From: Octopus bimaculoides | Taxonomy: Eukaryota | Length of the DNA: 64,000 nucleotides | NCBI RefSeq assembly: GCF_001194135.2 | Contig: NC_069001.1 | Coordinates: 35,385,952 to 35,449,951, forward strand | Reading direction: 5' to 3' | Part shown: piece by piece, positions 61,831-64,000 of the stretch | Layout of the letters: every line of letters begins with the position of its first letter | How positions within the stretch are numbered: the stretch's first letter is position 1 | Notes under the pieces: model-generated | What the model saw: the letters and a program-made list of their open reading frames with translations, nothing else | Told to the model about the DNA's origin: nothing | Databases searched by the model: none | Translations under genes and position numbers: made by a program

Positions 61831-62494
61831 ATNNNNNNNNNNNNNNNNNNNNNNNNNNNNNNNNNNNNNNNNNNNNNNNNNNNNNNNNNNNNNNNNNNNN
61901 NNNNNNNNNNNNNNNNNNNNNNNNNNNNNNNNNNNNNNNNNNNNNNNNNNNNNNNNNNNNNNNNNNNNNNNNNNNNNNNNNNNNNNNNNNNNNNNNNNNN
62001 NNNNNNNNNNNNNNNNNNNNNNNNNNNNNNNNNNNNNNNNNNNNNNNNNNNNNNNNNNNNNNNNNNNNNNNNNNNNNNNNNNNNNNNNNNNNNNNNNNNN
62101 NNNNNNNNNNNNNNNNNNNNNNNNNNNNNNNNNNNNNNNNNNNNNNNNNNNNNNNNNNNNNNNNNNNNNNNNNNNNNNNNNNNNNNNNNNNNNNNNNNNN
62201 NNNNNNNNNNNNNNNNNNNNNNNNNNNNNNNNNNNNNNNNNNNNNNNNNNNNNNNNNNNNNNNNNNNNNNNNNNNNNNNNNNNNNNNNNNNNNNNNNNNN
62301 NNNNNNNNNNNNNNNNNNNNNNNNNNNNNNNNNNNNNNNNNNNNNNNNNNNNNNNNNNNNNNNNNNNNNNNNNNNNNNNNNNNNNNNNNNNNNNNNNNNN
62401 NNNNNNNNNNNNNNNNNNNNNNNNNNNNNNNNNNNNNNNNNNNNNNNNNNNNNNNNNNNNNNNNNNNNNNNNNNNNNNNNNNNNNNNNNNNNNN

Positions 62495-62555
<61 letters not shown>

Positions 62556-62900
62556 ACTGTTATGTCAGTCCTTCACAGGGTTACCTCCACCAACTGGCTT
62601 TGGTACTTATTTCCAGCAGAATGGTCTAAATCAACATGAAATAATGTGCCTTGCTGGTGGTGATAATGATGATGATGATGATGATGACAGCAGTGACGAT
62701 GATGATGATGATAAAAAGTTACGATGGCGAGGAAACAATAAATCATGCAATATGATTTCTAGTGGTAGAACCAGAAAACAGACCTTGTGGAAATTGTTAA
62801 TTAAAACGAGTTCTGGCACCGTTTGGCTGGAAACTTGGCTTTAAAACGATACGTCTCTTTCACTCTGACATTTTTCTAAACAAAAACTGGCCATTCCATG

Positions 62901-62939
<39 letters not shown>

Positions 62940-63524
62940 TTACACACACTTTCACACACACATGCAAACACATGCACACGCATACACACACACATGCGTA
63001 CACACACATACTTTCACACACACACACATTTTCACACACACACATGCACATACACACACGCATGCACACACACGCACGTACACAGACACACACACACATA
63101 CCTACACCCACACGCACACTCGTGCACATACACATACATACTTGCAAACCACACACACACATACACACTATCACCTGCTCACACACGCACACATACACGT
63201 ACATGCGCGTACACACACACATGCACACAGATACATACATACACCCACCCTAGCACACCCACACAGACACACCCATGCACACACTAACAAGACCCGCAAG
63301 AACAAAGTATTTTTCACGCTGTCTACCGACCACTTATAATTAAATCAATCAACAGATCAATAAACAATACTTGGTGTCATTACCTATCTACATATCTCTT
63401 CTCATGAAATATTTGTTGTCTGATTGCAGAAAGGGGTGGGGCGCACATGGTGGGTGGCGGGTGGAAGATCTTTCTGTCACATTCTATGCTGATTGAATAA
63501 AATGAAGAAATATACTCTTTGTAT

Positions 63525-63700
63525 CGGAGCAGACGCAGCTGTGCGGTTAAGAAGCTTGCTTTGAAACTGTGTGGTTCAGGTTCAGTCTCACTGTGTGACA
63601 CCTTGGCTAAGTGTCATCTAATAAAGCCCTGGGTCAACCAAAGCCTTGTAAGTGGATTGGATAGATGGAAACTCAAAGAAACTCACTGCATGTATGTCTG
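63525..63700 (+). mobile_element. SINE family B 5' half
   Basis: GCAGCTGTGCGGTTAAGAAGCTTGC...CACCTTGGCTAAGTGTC...GATGGAAACT. Confidence 0.8.
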
Positions 63701-63784
63701 TATATATATATATACCACAAGGTATTGAAAATACGTATTCGTCTTTATATATTTAATCCTTTATATTGAACACTCAATATTTCG

Positions 63785-63846
63785 TATATTCAATAAGACA
63801 TATTCCATATATTCAATAAGACATATTCCATATATTCAATAAGACA
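63785..63846. repeat. 23-bp tandem repeat, 2.7 copies (TATATTCAATAAGACATATTCCA)
   Basis: Units start at 63785, 63808, 63831. Confidence 0.92.
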
Positions 63847-64000
63847 TTCAATACTTCATTTCATTGTACCATCCATTTTTATATTATATATTATATATTC
63901 CATATTCTATATCCCACATTAATTTTACAAGAATATAAATAAAACATAAAAAACAGAGTTGGAACTCTTTTAAATAAAATAATATATATATATATATATA

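Noticed and set aside
324-63728. Dozens of long ORFs in the track ([24 protein letters not shown], poly-X)
   Set aside because: They are translations of dinucleotide microsatellites and N-gaps, not genes.

Overview
AT-rich eukaryotic DNA from a gapped short-read assembly, with about 17 N-runs, most of them flanked by (TA)n, (CA)n or (CT)n. From memory of the repeat families, it is very probably an octopus genome; that is inference. The window looks intronic or intergenic and is dominated by microsatellites and transposons. It contains: a full-length but dead Tc1/mariner maT (DD37D) element; an internally deleted hAT element with an 8-bp TSD; a mariner C-terminal fragment; at least three families of TTAA-flanked piggyBac-type MITEs; a young 5'-truncated RTE LINE with solo 3' tails, one of them identical to it; an old RTE fragment; an R4/Dong-like RT fragment; and at least four SINE-like families in many copies. 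I cannot identify any host protein-coding gene. There are only a few isolated splice-signal-bounded exon candidates (6150-6221 -, 7983-8039 +, 9307-9378 +, 15491-15568 -). Nearly all long ORFs in the track are artefacts of microsatellites or N-runs. I found no convincing new biological system. The most unusual unexplained structures are a degenerate higher-order tandem repeat bracketed by ~380-bp direct repeats (58.4-61.5 kb), a MITE whose 5' part has amplified into a 4-unit tandem array (29.4-30.3 kb), an isolated 37-bp-stem hairpin (36908-36993), and stacking of retroposons in (ATT)n tracts. Coordinates of degenerate repeats are approximate (+/-20 bp).
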